In this document: positions 54,682-63,971 of the stretch, piece by piece
How positions within the stretch are numbered: position 1 is the stretch's first letter
Layout: the number at the start of each line of letters is the position of its first letter
Assembly: GCA_963787125.1 (NCBI GenBank)
Contig: CAWBBV010000001.1
Span: forward strand, 608,001 to 672,000
Length of the DNA: 64,000 nucleotides
Direction of reading: 5' to 3'
Source of the DNA: an uncultured delta proteobacterium
Lineage (GTDB): Bacteria > Desulfobacterota > Desulfuromonadia > Geobacterales > DSM-12255
Program-made: the position numbers and the translations under genes
The notes under the pieces: generated by a model
Told to the model about the DNA's origin: nothing
The model's input: only the letters and a program-made list of their open reading frames with translations
Databases searched by the model: none

Positions 54682-55119
54682 ATTTTTACTGCAGCCGTTG
54701 ACGACCTGAAAGTAACGCGGTTTTTTGAAACATCTGCCAGGGTACTCCTGTCGTTTCTGATTATGGCGATCATGTGCGCCATTCTCATCGGCATAGGTTT
54801 CACCTTTTACGATCTGCGCCTGGTATTCCGGAGCGAATTCCACGATTTTTTCAGGAAAATTCTGGTCGATACCCTGACGGTCCTTGCCATGGTTGAAGTG
54901 CTGCGAACTGCTTTGGCCTATTTTAGCGAAGGGAGGGTGAAGGTTACCTACATCATCGACACGGTCATTGTCACCGTGCTAACGGAAGTTATGGCATTCT
55001 GGTATCAGGAGATGGAATGGCAGCAGATCGGCATGGTGATTGCGCTGGTACTATCGCTGGCGGGAGTTAGAATCGTCGCCGTCCGCTTCTCGCCGCGCAA
55101 AGCTCGGGAAGAGTTGTAA
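54682..55119 (+). CDS. PsiE-like phosphate-starvation-inducible membrane protein (start ATT 54682 or ATG 54763)
   Basis: VEVLRTALAYF, YIIDTVIV; four TM; between phoBR and pstS. Confidence 0.75.
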   Translation: MFTAAVDDLKVTRFFETSARVLLSFLIMAIMCAILIGIGFTFYDLRLVFRSEFHDFFRKILVDTLTVLAMVEVLRTALAYFSEGRVKVTYIIDTVIVTVLTEVMAFWYQEMEWQQIGMVIALVLSLAGVRIVAVRFSPRKAREEL

Positions 55120-55143
55120 AGAGTTATCTGAACTTTAGCAGGG

Positions 55144-55177
55144 TTGTAACAAGATTGTAACATCCGCCTGCTACCTT
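55144..55177 (+). promoter_or_regulatory. Pho-box promoter of pstSCAB-phoU
   Basis: TTGTAAC-AAGA-TTGTAAC-N10-TACCTT. Confidence 0.8.
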
Positions 55178-55210
55178 GAAATCAGCTGAAAAAGTCAATT
55201 CCAAGGAGAA

Positions 55211-56233
55211 ATGCTGATGTTCAAAAAAATTGTTATTTTAGTAAGTGCCTGCCTTATGGCAACCGCCTCACTGGCAGGAGCCGAAACGCTCGTAAACGGC
55301 GCCGGTGCGACTTTCCCTTATCCCCTTTACTCGAAATGGTTCAGCGAGTACGCCAAGATCGATAAATCGGTCAAGTTCAATTACCAGTCCATCGGCAGCG
55401 GCGGCGGCGTCAAGCAGATTACCGCCCAGACCGTTGATTTCGGCGCCTCAGACGCCTTTCTCTCCGATGCGCAGCTGAACGCCGCCCCGGGCAAGCTGCT
55501 CCATATCCCGACTGTCATGGGGGCGGTTGTCGTTACCTATAATCTTCCGGGCGTAGCCAAAGGGCTGAAGCTTAACTCGGAAGATGTAGCCAATATTTTT
55601 CTCGGCAAGATCACCAAATGGAATGACAAGCGAATTGCCGATGACAACCCTGGAGTGAATCTTCCGGACAAGGCAATCATCGTTGTCCACCGCTCTGACG
55701 GTAGCGGCACTACCAGTATCTTCACCGATTATCTTTCGGGTGTAAGCAACGAATGGACCCAGAAAGTAGGCAAGGGAACCGCTGTCAAGTGGCCGGTCGG
55801 TCTTGGCGGCAAAGGAAACGAAGGGGTAGCCGGACAGGTAAAGACCACCCAGTACACTATTGGCTATGTAGAGCTTGCCTATGCCTTTGAAAACAAACTC
55901 CCTTTTGCCACCCTGAAGAACGTGGCAGGCAGTTGGGTCGAACCATCCATCCAGAGCACCAGCTCTGCTGCCGCTGCTGCTATCAAGCATATGCCTGCTG
56001 ACTACCGGATCTCCCTCGTCAACCAGCCGGCAAAAGATGCCTACCCGATTGTCGGTTTTACCTGGTTGCTGGTGTATCAGGATCAGAAAGACAAGGTTAA
56101 AGGTAAAAAGATTGTCGAGTTCCTCAACTGGAGCCTCCATAAAGGCCAGAAGATGGCAGCACCGATGCTGTATGCGCCGCTGCCGGAAAGTGTTCTGAAA
56201 ATGGTTGAAAAGACAATCAAGACGATCAACTAG
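55211..56233 (+). CDS. pstS: Phosphate ABC transporter substrate-binding protein
   Basis: GAGATFPYP, YQSIGSGGG, HRSDGSGTT. Confidence 0.98.
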   Translation: MLMFKKIVILVSACLMATASLAGAETLVNGAGATFPYPLYSKWFSEYAKIDKSVKFNYQSIGSGGGVKQITAQTVDFGASDAFLSDAQLNAAPGKLLHIPTVMGAVVVTYNLPGVAKGLKLNSEDVANIFLGKITKWNDKRIADDNPGVNLPDKAIIVVHRSDGSGTTSIFTDYLSGVSNEWTQKVGKGTAVKWPVGLGGKGNEGVAGQVKTTQYTIGYVELAYAFENKLPFATLKNVAGSWVEPSIQSTSSAAAAAIKHMPADYRISLVNQPAKDAYPIVGFTWLLVYQDQKDKVKGKKIVEFLNWSLHKGQKMAAPMLYAPLPESVLKMVEKTIKTIN

Positions 56234-56253
56234 AAGTTTTTTCAAATAAGGTC

Positions 56254-56290
56254 AGCCCGGACGGATGCAGCCATCGTCCGGGCTTTTTTT
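56254..56290 (+). terminator. Stem-loop with U-tract between pstS and pstC
   Basis: AGCCCGGACGGATG...CATCGTCCGGGCT plus T run. Confidence 0.75.
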
Positions 56291-56312
56291 CGCTAAATGG
56301 AGTGTTACAGCC

Positions 56313-57305
56313 ATGCAACAACATGATTCTGCCGGTTCGGGAAAAGCTTTGGCTACGGGTAGCGACTCTGCCGCGGCAAATCGCAGAGGAGTTGACGGCG
56401 ATCGGCTTTACCGTTGGCTGACCGCTGCGTTTGCCGCGGCTATTCTGCTGATCCTTGCTCTGATGATCTATGAGATGACCAGGGAGAGTCTCCCTTCCAT
56501 CGCCAAATCCGGCTGGAGTTTTCTTTCGGGAAGTAACTGGGATGCCGTGCAGGAAGACTTTGCCGCACTGCCGTTTCTCTACGGTTCGGTCGTCTCATCC
56601 ATCCTGGCCATCCTCCTTGCTACCCCCTTAAGCGTTGCTACGGCCCTGTTTATAACAGAAGTGGCCCCGCAGAAATTTGGCGGAATTGTTGCGACACTGA
56701 TCGAGCTATTGGCGGCGATTCCCAGCGTTATCTACGGTCTCTGGGGGATTCTGGTGATGGCGCCCTGGCTGCAGAAGAGTGTTCAGCCCTGGCTTGTGGA
56801 CCACTTTGGTTTTCTCCCGTTTTTCAACGGCGCTCCGTACGGGGTCAGCATGATGGCCGGAGTGCTGATTCTGGCGATCATGATTGTGCCCATTATCACC
56901 GCTATCAGCCGGGAAGTGCTGCTGGCTGTGCCCCAAAGCCAGCGGGAGGCGGCAGTCGCCCTTGGCGCCACCAAGTGGGAAACGATCAAGATAGCGGTAC
57001 TCCCCTATGGCCGCTCCGGGATTCTTGGCGGAGTCATTCTCGGTCTGGGAAGAGCAATCGGCGAAACCATGGCTGTAACCATGGTGATCGGTAATACCCC
57101 GCAGATCTCACTATCGCTCCTTTCGCCTGCCTATACTATGCCGAGTGTTATCGCCAATGAATTTGCCGAAGCCACTAACAAGCTGCACTCCTCAGCCCTG
57201 ATGGAAATCGGCCTGATGCTGCTGGTGATGACTTTGATCATTAATGCCTTTGCCAGGATTCTTATCTGGAAAGTAACCAAGGGTCATAAGGGGGGGATGG
57301 TCTAA
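56313..57305 (+). CDS. pstC: Phosphate ABC transporter permease
   Basis: ELLAAIPSVIYGLWG, GRAIGETMAV. Confidence 0.97.
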   Translation: MQQHDSAGSGKALATGSDSAAANRRGVDGDRLYRWLTAAFAAAILLILALMIYEMTRESLPSIAKSGWSFLSGSNWDAVQEDFAALPFLYGSVVSSILAILLATPLSVATALFITEVAPQKFGGIVATLIELLAAIPSVIYGLWGILVMAPWLQKSVQPWLVDHFGFLPFFNGAPYGVSMMAGVLILAIMIVPIITAISREVLLAVPQSQREAAVALGATKWETIKIAVLPYGRSGILGGVILGLGRAIGETMAVTMVIGNTPQISLSLLSPAYTMPSVIANEFAEATNKLHSSALMEIGLMLLVMTLIINAFARILIWKVTKGHKGGMV

Positions 57306-58144
57306 TGCAGAATCTTTCCTTTCGGCACGGCAAGAGTTACACCGCAACAGCGTTGATGCTTTTGGCGACTTTTATTGTTCTAACGCCGTTGTGTCTCATT
57401 TTTATTCACATTTTGAAGATGGGGTTCAGTTCACTTTCGCTCGATTTTTTTACCCAGATTCCCAAGCCTACCGGTGAAAGTGGCGGCGGCATGGCTAACG
57501 GACTTTTCGGCTCGGCTTTATTGATAGCGCTTGCTTCCTGTCTCGGTCTGCCGATAGGGATTCTGGGAGCGATCTATCTTACCGAGTTTGCCGGCGGTCG
57601 GCTGGCTACAGTTATCAGATTCAGCGCTGACGTCCTCGCCGGGATTCCGTCCATAATCACCGGCATGGTTGCCTACACAATGCTGGTGCTCCCCATGAAA
57701 GGTTTTTCGGCTCTTGCCGGAGCTGTCGCCTTGTCGCTGATAATGATTCCGATTGTCCTGCGGACAACTGAGGAACAGCTAAAAATGGTGCCGGGAACGC
57801 TGCGCGAAGCATCACTGGCACTGGGAGTGCCCTTGTGGCGAACCAGCCTGAAGGTTATTCTGAAAAGTGCCAGTAAAGGGGTTGTTACCGGAATACTCCT
57901 GGCAGTTGCCAGAGTCGCCGGCGAAACAGCGCCGCTGCTCTTTACCGCCCTTGGCAACCAGTTCTGGAGTCGTAAACTTACCGAGCCGATAGCGGCGCTG
58001 CCGCTGCAGATTTTCAGCTTTGCCATTGCTCCGTACGACGACTGGCATAAGCTGGCCTGGGCAGGTGCGCTGGTTCTGGTGGTAATCATGTTTACCCTGA
58101 ATCTGGGTGCACGTCTCCTGGGCAGACAGAAGAAATATTCGTGA
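57305..58144 (+). CDS. pstA: Phosphate ABC transporter permease
   Basis: [25 protein letters not shown]. Confidence 0.97.
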   Translation: MQNLSFRHGKSYTATALMLLATFIVLTPLCLIFIHILKMGFSSLSLDFFTQIPKPTGESGGGMANGLFGSALLIALASCLGLPIGILGAIYLTEFAGGRLATVIRFSADVLAGIPSIITGMVAYTMLVLPMKGFSALAGAVALSLIMIPIVLRTTEEQLKMVPGTLREASLALGVPLWRTSLKVILKSASKGVVTGILLAVARVAGETAPLLFTALGNQFWSRKLTEPIAALPLQIFSFAIAPYDDWHKLAWAGALVLVVIMFTLNLGARLLGRQKKYS

Positions 58145-58151
58145 GGAAAAA

Positions 58152-58910
58152 ATGAACGCAATTATCAAACTTGAAAATATGAGTGTCCATTTCGGGACTA
58201 ATCATGCGGTAAATGATGTTTCCCTTGATTTTATCGAGAACAGTGTCACAGCGATAATCGGTCCTTCAGGCTGTGGTAAATCGACCCTGCTGCGCTCCAT
58301 AAACCGGATGCATGATCTTGTCCCTTCTGCCAAGGTTAGCGGGCGGATCCTTTTCGATGGCCGGGATCTTTATGATCGCTCCGTCGATCCGGTAGCGGTG
58401 CGGCGCAAGATCGGCATGGTTTTTCAGAAACCTAATCCGTTTCCGGCCATGAATATTTATGATAATGTTGTGGCCGGGTACAAATTAAATAACCGTATGA
58501 AGCGCAGTGATGCCGACGAGATCGTCGAAACCTGCCTGAAGCGGGTTGCTCTTTGGGATGAAGTCAAGGACCGGCTTAAAACCAGCGCTGTCGATCTCTC
58601 CGGCGGCCAGCAGCAAAGGCTCTGTATCGCCAGAACCATTGCCGTCCAGCCGGAAGTGATCCTGATGGACGAGCCCTGCTCGGCCCTTGATCCGATTGCC
58701 ACCCTCAAGATTGAGGAGTTGGTCGAAGAGCTTAAAGAGCGCTTCACCATCATCATCGTGACGCACAACATGCAGCAGGCCGCCAGAGTTTCTGACGCCA
58801 CCGCTTTTATGTATATGGGTGAGCTTATCGAAAGCGGGCCGACCAAGAAGATTTTTACTACTCCGGAGAGGAAGCAGACTGAAGATTATATTACCGGGCG
58901 TTTTGGCTAA
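58152..58910 (+). CDS. pstB: Phosphate ABC transporter ATPase
   Basis: [36 protein letters not shown]. Confidence 0.98.
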   Translation: MNAIIKLENMSVHFGTNHAVNDVSLDFIENSVTAIIGPSGCGKSTLLRSINRMHDLVPSAKVSGRILFDGRDLYDRSVDPVAVRRKIGMVFQKPNPFPAMNIYDNVVAGYKLNNRMKRSDADEIVETCLKRVALWDEVKDRLKTSAVDLSGGQQQRLCIARTIAVQPEVILMDEPCSALDPIATLKIEELVEELKERFTIIIVTHNMQQAARVSDATAFMYMGELIESGPTKKIFTTPERKQTEDYITGRFG

Positions 58911-58923
58911 AAAGGCGGGAACA

Positions 58924-59025
58924 GTGAACTGTAAACTGTGAACTGTGAACTGTAACATCTATAAAAACATCGGTTGGGTATGGTTTTAGCTTTTACTGAT
59001 TCCGGATCCCGGATCCCGATTCACG
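58924..59025. repeat. Two short heptamer tandem arrays in the pstB-phoU spacer
   Basis: GT(G/A)AACT x4 at 58924-58951 plus partial copy; GATCCCG-like x4 at 58998-59025. Confidence 0.8.
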
Positions 59026-59036
59026 AGGTTCAATAA

Positions 59037-59708
59037 ATGGAAAGAGAACATTTCAGCAAACAGTATGACGCCGAGTTGAAAAACATCAGGGAAAAGCTTC
59101 TGGAGATGGGGGGCAAGGTCGAGCTGATGATCAATGATGCCCTTAAGGCGCTTGTGGAGCGGGATTCCGCCCTGGCTGACAGGGTTATTATCTATGACCA
59201 CGAGATTAACCGGCTGGAGATGCATATCGATGAGAAGTGTCTTGAGGTGCTGGCGCTGCGGCAGCCAGCAGCCCGGGATCTCCGTTTCATTACCCTGGCG
59301 CTGAAGATCGTCACCGATCTTGAGCGGATTGGCGATCAGTGCCGCAATATCGGCAAACGTGTCAAGGAGTTGAACGAAGAGCCCCCCTTGAAACCTTATA
59401 TCGATCTGCCGAGAATGGCCACCTGGGCCGGTGTTATGGTGAAAGAGGCGCTGGATGCCTTTGTGCGCGGCGACGCTGACCTGGCTATCAAGGTTTGCCG
59501 GGATGACGACTTTGTCGATCAACTCAACGAGCAGATTCAGCGGGAACTCCTGACCTTCATGAGCGAAGACGCCAGCACCATCAGCCGTTCCCTGAAAATC
59601 ATCTATGTCTCTAAATGTCTGGAGCGTATTGCCGATCATGCCACCAACGTGGCGGAGATGGTTATTTTCATGGTCAAAGGGAAGGATATCAGGCATACAG
59701 AGGTGTAG
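59037..59708 (+). CDS. phoU: Phosphate signalling complex protein PhoU
   Basis: QPAARDLR, DLERIGD, LERIADHATNVAE. Confidence 0.98.
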   Translation: MEREHFSKQYDAELKNIREKLLEMGGKVELMINDALKALVERDSALADRVIIYDHEINRLEMHIDEKCLEVLALRQPAARDLRFITLALKIVTDLERIGDQCRNIGKRVKELNEEPPLKPYIDLPRMATWAGVMVKEALDAFVRGDADLAIKVCRDDDFVDQLNEQIQRELLTFMSEDASTISRSLKIIYVSKCLERIADHATNVAEMVIFMVKGKDIRHTEV

Positions 59709-59716
59709 TCGCAGGG

Positions 59717-59760
59717 TTTAAATAGCTGGCTTTAAGTAGCTGGCTTTAAGTAGCTGGCTT
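59717..59760. repeat. 14-bp tandem repeat x3
   Basis: TTTAA(A/G)TAGCTGGC at 59717, 59731, 59745. Confidence 0.85.
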
Positions 59761-59768
59761 GCCTTGAT

Positions 59769-59799
59769 AAGGTCTGAAAACGTTCTGTTTTCAGACCTT
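59769..59799. terminator. Hairpin between convergent phoU and EAL gene
   Basis: AAGGTCTGAAAAC-GTTCT-GTTTTCAGACCTT. Confidence 0.75.
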
Positions 59800-59807
59800 G
59801 TTTTGTT

Positions 59808-61112
59808 TCAGCTGCAAAGGGGATTTGCTGATGGTTTGGCCAGCAGATACCCCTGGCCGAAATGGATGCCGATCGTTTGCAGATATGCCAGTTCTTCAGG
59901 CCGCTCTATCCCCTCGGCAATGACTTGCGCCCCGATTTTATTGCAGAAAGTTACCAGACATTCGACCAGCGCCTGTTTCGTAGAGGATTGATCGATATTG
60001 GCGATCAGGAATCTGGCCAGCTTCACGTACTCGGGTTCAAGACTTGCCAGCATCTGCAGGCCTGCATAGCCGGAACCCAGATCATCAATGGCGATTGAAT
60101 ACCCCTGCTCCCGGTAATGAGCCACTCCCCGCAGGAACAGATCATAATCTTCAATGACCGTTCTTTCCGTCAGTTCAAAGACAATCCGGGAACGCTCGAT
60201 CTGCAGCTCATCCAGAAGACTCGCCGTCAGGCCCCGTTCGTGGTCGCTGGACTGGAAAAGGGCCGGACTGACATTGAGGAATATCTTGCCGGGAATCTCC
60301 AGATTTCTGACATTGCCGAGCGCTTTTTTCCGACAGAGGATCTCCAGCGCCGAAGCGAGTCCATACGCTCCCGATTTGGCGAACAGCTCTTCGGTATTGT
60401 CGATGATGCCGGGCCGGCTGACGCGACTCAAGGCTTCATAACCATAGACTGTGCCGCTCTCCAGGTGTACGACCGGCTGATAGACCGGCGTGATCAGCTC
60501 GCAGCTGATGATCTTTTCAATGGCGGCCAGTTCGCTATTGTGGCCGCTTTCGGGCTGAACCGGCGCGCCGAAGAGTTCCTGAAACGCCCTGAAGAGGGCG
60601 TTATCACTGCTCTCACCGATCCGGTTGGTGAGGTAGACCCCCTCAACCTTGATGGAGACTTCGCGGTCGCTGCCAAGGGGGAGAATCTGTCTGGCCATGA
60701 GCGTATGCTCGTCAAGCAGCGCGAGTTCGGCCTGCATCAGGGCAAGGTCCTGGCGAAACAGCCGGTCATCGTAGACGCTAACAGGCACCAAGAGGAGAAA
60801 AAAGTCCTTCATCCCTGACTTGTAAGCCCCCGCAACCCGTCCGGACAGTTGGCGTCCCAGTTTACGGAGCAGAATTGCTACCCTGCTCATAAGGTCGTCG
60901 GGGAGAAATTCACCATAGTTAAGATGGATGGCGACAATGCCGGCATGGCCTGATTTTTCCAGAGTGGCTTTAAAGGTGGTAAACAGGTGCGTACAGTCGC
61001 CGATGGACTCTTCAAGCCGCGGTTGCCGTACCGACGCTAGCGGAAGTGACGGCAGGGGAGGCAGGACGTGACTACTCCCCCCCGGGTAGCCTACCATCTG
61101 CATAGCCATCAT
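59808..61112 (-). CDS. EAL c-di-GMP phosphodiesterase with a degenerate GGDEF-like N-terminus
   Basis: YEALSR, NVSP, ELTE, IDDLGSGYAGL, AEGIE, QGYL. Confidence 0.9.
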   Translation of the reverse strand: MMAMQMVGYPGGSSHVLPPLPSLPLASVRQPRLEESIGDCTHLFTTFKATLEKSGHAGIVAIHLNYGEFLPDDLMSRVAILLRKLGRQLSGRVAGAYKSGMKDFFLLLVPVSVYDDRLFRQDLALMQAELALLDEHTLMARQILPLGSDREVSIKVEGVYLTNRIGESSDNALFRAFQELFGAPVQPESGHNSELAAIEKIISCELITPVYQPVVHLESGTVYGYEALSRVSRPGIIDNTEELFAKSGAYGLASALEILCRKKALGNVRNLEIPGKIFLNVSPALFQSSDHERGLTASLLDELQIERSRIVFELTERTVIEDYDLFLRGVAHYREQGYSIAIDDLGSGYAGLQMLASLEPEYVKLARFLIANIDQSSTKQALVECLVTFCNKIGAQVIAEGIERPEELAYLQTIGIHFGQGYLLAKPSANPLCS

Positions 61113-61276
61113 TTTTCATCCAGCAGGGCAAAAAGATGCTCGCCGAAATATTCCCTGTTGGCCTGGCGATATTCATCGCGCAGTTCACGGAATTTGGCTA
61201 TGGATGAGTCCAGGTCTTTCAGTCCGGAAGCTTCGGAAAATGTGACTTTTTTGAAGTTGAAAAATAATAACTTCAT
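61109..61276 (-). CDS. 55-aa protein of unknown function (not in the ORF track)
   Basis: SD AAGGAG; MKLLFFNFKKVTFSEASGLKDLDSSIAKFRELRDEYRQANREYFGEHLFALLDEK*; ATGA overlap with the EAL gene. Confidence 0.75.
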   Translation of the reverse strand: MKLLFFNFKKVTFSEASGLKDLDSSIAKFRELRDEYRQANREYFGEHLFALLDEK

Positions 61277-61288
61277 TTTTGGATCTCC

Positions 61289-61600
61289 TTATTTTTCGTG
61301 ACTGGCCAGCATGAAGATGCCGGTCATTTTGAAAAGTATCGTGTTGGTCGGATTCAACTGCCGCAGAAAAATCTCGGCCTTTTTTTCGTCGCGAATATTC
61401 TTGAAGCAGCGGAGCAGTAGAGCTATTCCCATGGAATTTATCCGCCCGGCCTGACTGAAATCGATGCGGACAACCTGATTGCTCACCATGGCGGGAAGTC
61501 CCTGCAGCTCTTTTTCGGCAGCAGCATCGATGTTGCCGTGCAGCTCAATGTGGTCAATTAGCTCCGCAGAGCGGGCGGTGATTTTGAATAAATCAGCCAT
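61289..61600 (-). CDS. STAS anti-sigma-antagonist-type protein
   Basis: IDFSQAGRINSMGIALL with phosphorylatable Ser; SD AGGAGG. Confidence 0.88.
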   Translation of the reverse strand: MADLFKITARSAELIDHIELHGNIDAAAEKELQGLPAMVSNQVVRIDFSQAGRINSMGIALLLRCFKNIRDEKKAEIFLRQLNPTNTILFKMTGIFMLASHEK

Positions 61601-61614
61601 GAAACCTCCTTTTG

Positions 61615-62589
61615 TTACAGGTAGTTGTAGTCGGTGGAAATGGAAAACCCTTTGGGGCTTTCACAGTCGAGTGGCGAAGAGGCTTTGAGATGCCCGCCGA
61701 GCACTGTCTGCATGCCGGGGAGGATATTCACATGCAGATGGTCCAGAAATCGCCAGATAATGAAAAGTCCGCGGCCGCCGACTTCTTCCTGCGCCGTCTC
61801 CATGCCATCTTGATTACGCGCCAGAAAATCGACGACCATCCCCGGCGCCAGGGTTCCCCAGCCGTCGGTAATTTCCATGGCCAGAGTCTCGCCGTCAAAG
61901 GCGAAGCGAAATTTTATCTTTTCGTCGGCGTCTATGGCCCGATTCTCTCCCTTACTGTAAAGCTTTCTGCCGTCATCACCCTGAGGCGCCCCGTAAAGAG
62001 CGTTTTCCACCATTTCGTCTGCCAGCAATGCTGCCCTTTGCCGGAGTAATTCCATCTCCTCGGAATCACCGCTGATAGTGGTTACCAGGGCAGCGATGAG
62101 AGACTCTTTCTCGTTGGACGATGTCAGCGAAAACTCATGAACCGGACTGCCCGCGCTGACATAGTCATGCAACTCCCAGGGAGATCTCACCAGTAGTCTG
62201 GTTATGGCCTCATGCAGAGAAGCAATTCCGCTCTCATCGTCTGCGGTCGGGGTAACAAGCAGATGTCTGATACTGTCGGCTGCGAGCTGTTGGAGTGGCG
62301 GCAATGGGTCTGTTGCCAAGGTAACCAGCAGTATTTCGGCTCCAGGGTATAATTTATTGATTTCTCTGACCAGCTCCGGGCGCGACTCGGGATAAAGCCT
62401 GCTGGAGAGGATCACCAGCGCCGGCTGCAGCTGTAACAGGGCCATTTTTTCACCGAACAGCTTTTGCTCCGGAGGATTGCCAATACATAGCAGCCCGGGA
62501 AGCCCTGTTAACAGGGGCAGGAACGCATCTTCATCAATTACGCTGTTAAATAGTGCCAGGACGAGGTGACGGTCCGTAATGCCCTTCAT
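61615..62589 (-). CDS. RsbW/SpoIIAB-like Ser kinase (GHKL) with degenerate receiver-like N-terminus
   Basis: DEMVENAL, ITDGWG, GGRGLFII; SD AAGGAGG before ATG 62589. Confidence 0.8.
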   Translation of the reverse strand: MKGITDRHLVLALFNSVIDEDAFLPLLTGLPGLLCIGNPPEQKLFGEKMALLQLQPALVILSSRLYPESRPELVREINKLYPGAEILLVTLATDPLPPLQQLAADSIRHLLVTPTADDESGIASLHEAITRLLVRSPWELHDYVSAGSPVHEFSLTSSNEKESLIAALVTTISGDSEEMELLRQRAALLADEMVENALYGAPQGDDGRKLYSKGENRAIDADEKIKFRFAFDGETLAMEITDGWGTLAPGMVVDFLARNQDGMETAQEEVGGRGLFIIWRFLDHLHVNILPGMQTVLGGHLKASSPLDCESPKGFSISTDYNYL

Positions 62590-62602
62590 AGTGCCTCCTT
62601 GG

Positions 62603-62722
62603 TCCAATCCTAAATCAAAGCGCTATCTTCGTTGGCTCGTCTTCGGCTCCTCAGCGTACTGATGTACTGCTTCGTTGCCTCAATCCTCGCCGCCTTGATT
62701 TCATCTTTGATTTAGAATCGGA
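62603..62722. repeat. ~120-bp palindromic REP/MITE-like element
   Basis: Terminal inverted repeats TCCAATCCTAAATCAAAG / CTTTGATTTAGAATCGGA (16/18); central GTAC-TGAT-GTAC. Confidence 0.6.
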
Positions 62723-62723
62723 A

Positions 62724-63917
62724 TTAAATCTCTGTTGCCGCAATCAGCAGGGTTACATCATCTTCAAAGGCCGTGGTTTCCGTAAAGAGTTCCGCTGATC
62801 TCCGTAATAGATTACGCAATTCCAGCGGTGAGTAATCCCCGGCTTTGGCCAGAATCCTCTCCAGGCGCTCATAACCGAATTCTTCTCCTTGCGGGTTTGT
62901 GCATTCCACGATGCCATCGCTGTAAAGAAAAAGGGTATCACCGGGATGGAAATCACAGGTCAACTCCTGGTAAGAACAGTTTTCCTCAAAGCCGAGCGGA
63001 AAGCCGGCCACCTCCTGGATCATTTCAGGAGCAAAATCCCTCCGGCGGATGATGTAGGGGAAGTTATGGCCGGCGTTGGCCAGAATTATTTTATTGGCAG
63101 TGCGATCAATGACAATGATCAGGCAGGTCATCAGCAGGCTCTGGCGGGCGGTGGCCAGGATGGCGTTATTCATGCCGTAGAGCAGCTCTGCCGGAGTTTT
63201 TACTCCAAGGCCTATCAGTGAGTGGAGGCTGGCTTTGGCAGCGGTGGTCACCATGCCTGCCTGCACCCCATGACCGCTGACATCGGCAACTACCAGTCCC
63301 AAAAGATCTTCGCCAAGGGGAAAATAATCATAAAAGTCGCCGCCGATTTCCGATGAAGTAACCACCCCGGCACTGATGCTGATGTCGCCATGACGACACT
63401 CTGCCGGGGGGAGAAGGTCCCGCTGGATCTTGCTCGCCTTGTCAACTTCCGCAGAAATTCTTGCACTGAGTAGTTGCAGAGTGTTGAAAAGCTTCACCTG
63501 GGTTTCCGAGATTTTCATCATCAGATCGGAAACGGCGACGATACCGAGACAGGCGTCAGCCCCAACAACGGGAAAAGAGTCGATCGTCAAGCCGGGGTCA
63601 ACCTCAAGCAGTCTGACCAGGGCGGCGTTGATATCAAGCTCTGCTGCCAGCGCCAGCTGGCTTTCTGCCAACAGCACCCGGATTGCTTTTTTGCCATACA
63701 GGTCAACGGCAAAAGGACGGCCCAGCTGTTCGAAGAAGAGCACCTTGCGGTTGATTACCCCGATGAATTTCCCCTCCGCGCTCACCGGCAGGGCAAGCAG
63801 GGACTGATCCCTCTGGAAGAGCTCCATAACATCTTTTACCTGGGTTGTTGCAACGATCTCCGGCGCAGTGCGCATGATATCGAACAGCGTCGGGACAACT
63901 TGAAGCAGATGATTCAT
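62724..63917 (-). CDS. CBS-domain SpoIIE/RsbU-type PP2C phosphatase
   Basis: N-terminal CBS pair; IQRDLLP, GGDFYD, ADVSGHG, NAGH, SDG, EDDVT. Confidence 0.92.
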   Translation of the reverse strand: MNHLLQVVPTLFDIMRTAPEIVATTQVKDVMELFQRDQSLLALPVSAEGKFIGVINRKVLFFEQLGRPFAVDLYGKKAIRVLLAESQLALAAELDINAALVRLLEVDPGLTIDSFPVVGADACLGIVAVSDLMMKISETQVKLFNTLQLLSARISAEVDKASKIQRDLLPPAECRHGDISISAGVVTSSEIGGDFYDYFPLGEDLLGLVVADVSGHGVQAGMVTTAAKASLHSLIGLGVKTPAELLYGMNNAILATARQSLLMTCLIIVIDRTANKIILANAGHNFPYIIRRRDFAPEMIQEVAGFPLGFEENCSYQELTCDFHPGDTLFLYSDGIVECTNPQGEEFGYERLERILAKAGDYSPLELRNLLRRSAELFTETTAFEDDVTLLIAATEI

Positions 63918-63971
63918 ATATCCCCCATTTGTATGACGGGCGGCCGCAGAATGCCCTTTGCAACCCCTAAG

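Noticed and set aside
58950..58975. CTGTAAC before phoU as a pho box
   Set aside because: No partner at 11-nt spacing and no -10 at the N10 position; part of the heptamer array
59717..59760. Possible CRISPR array
   Set aside because: 14-bp units are directly adjacent with no spacers; no cas genes
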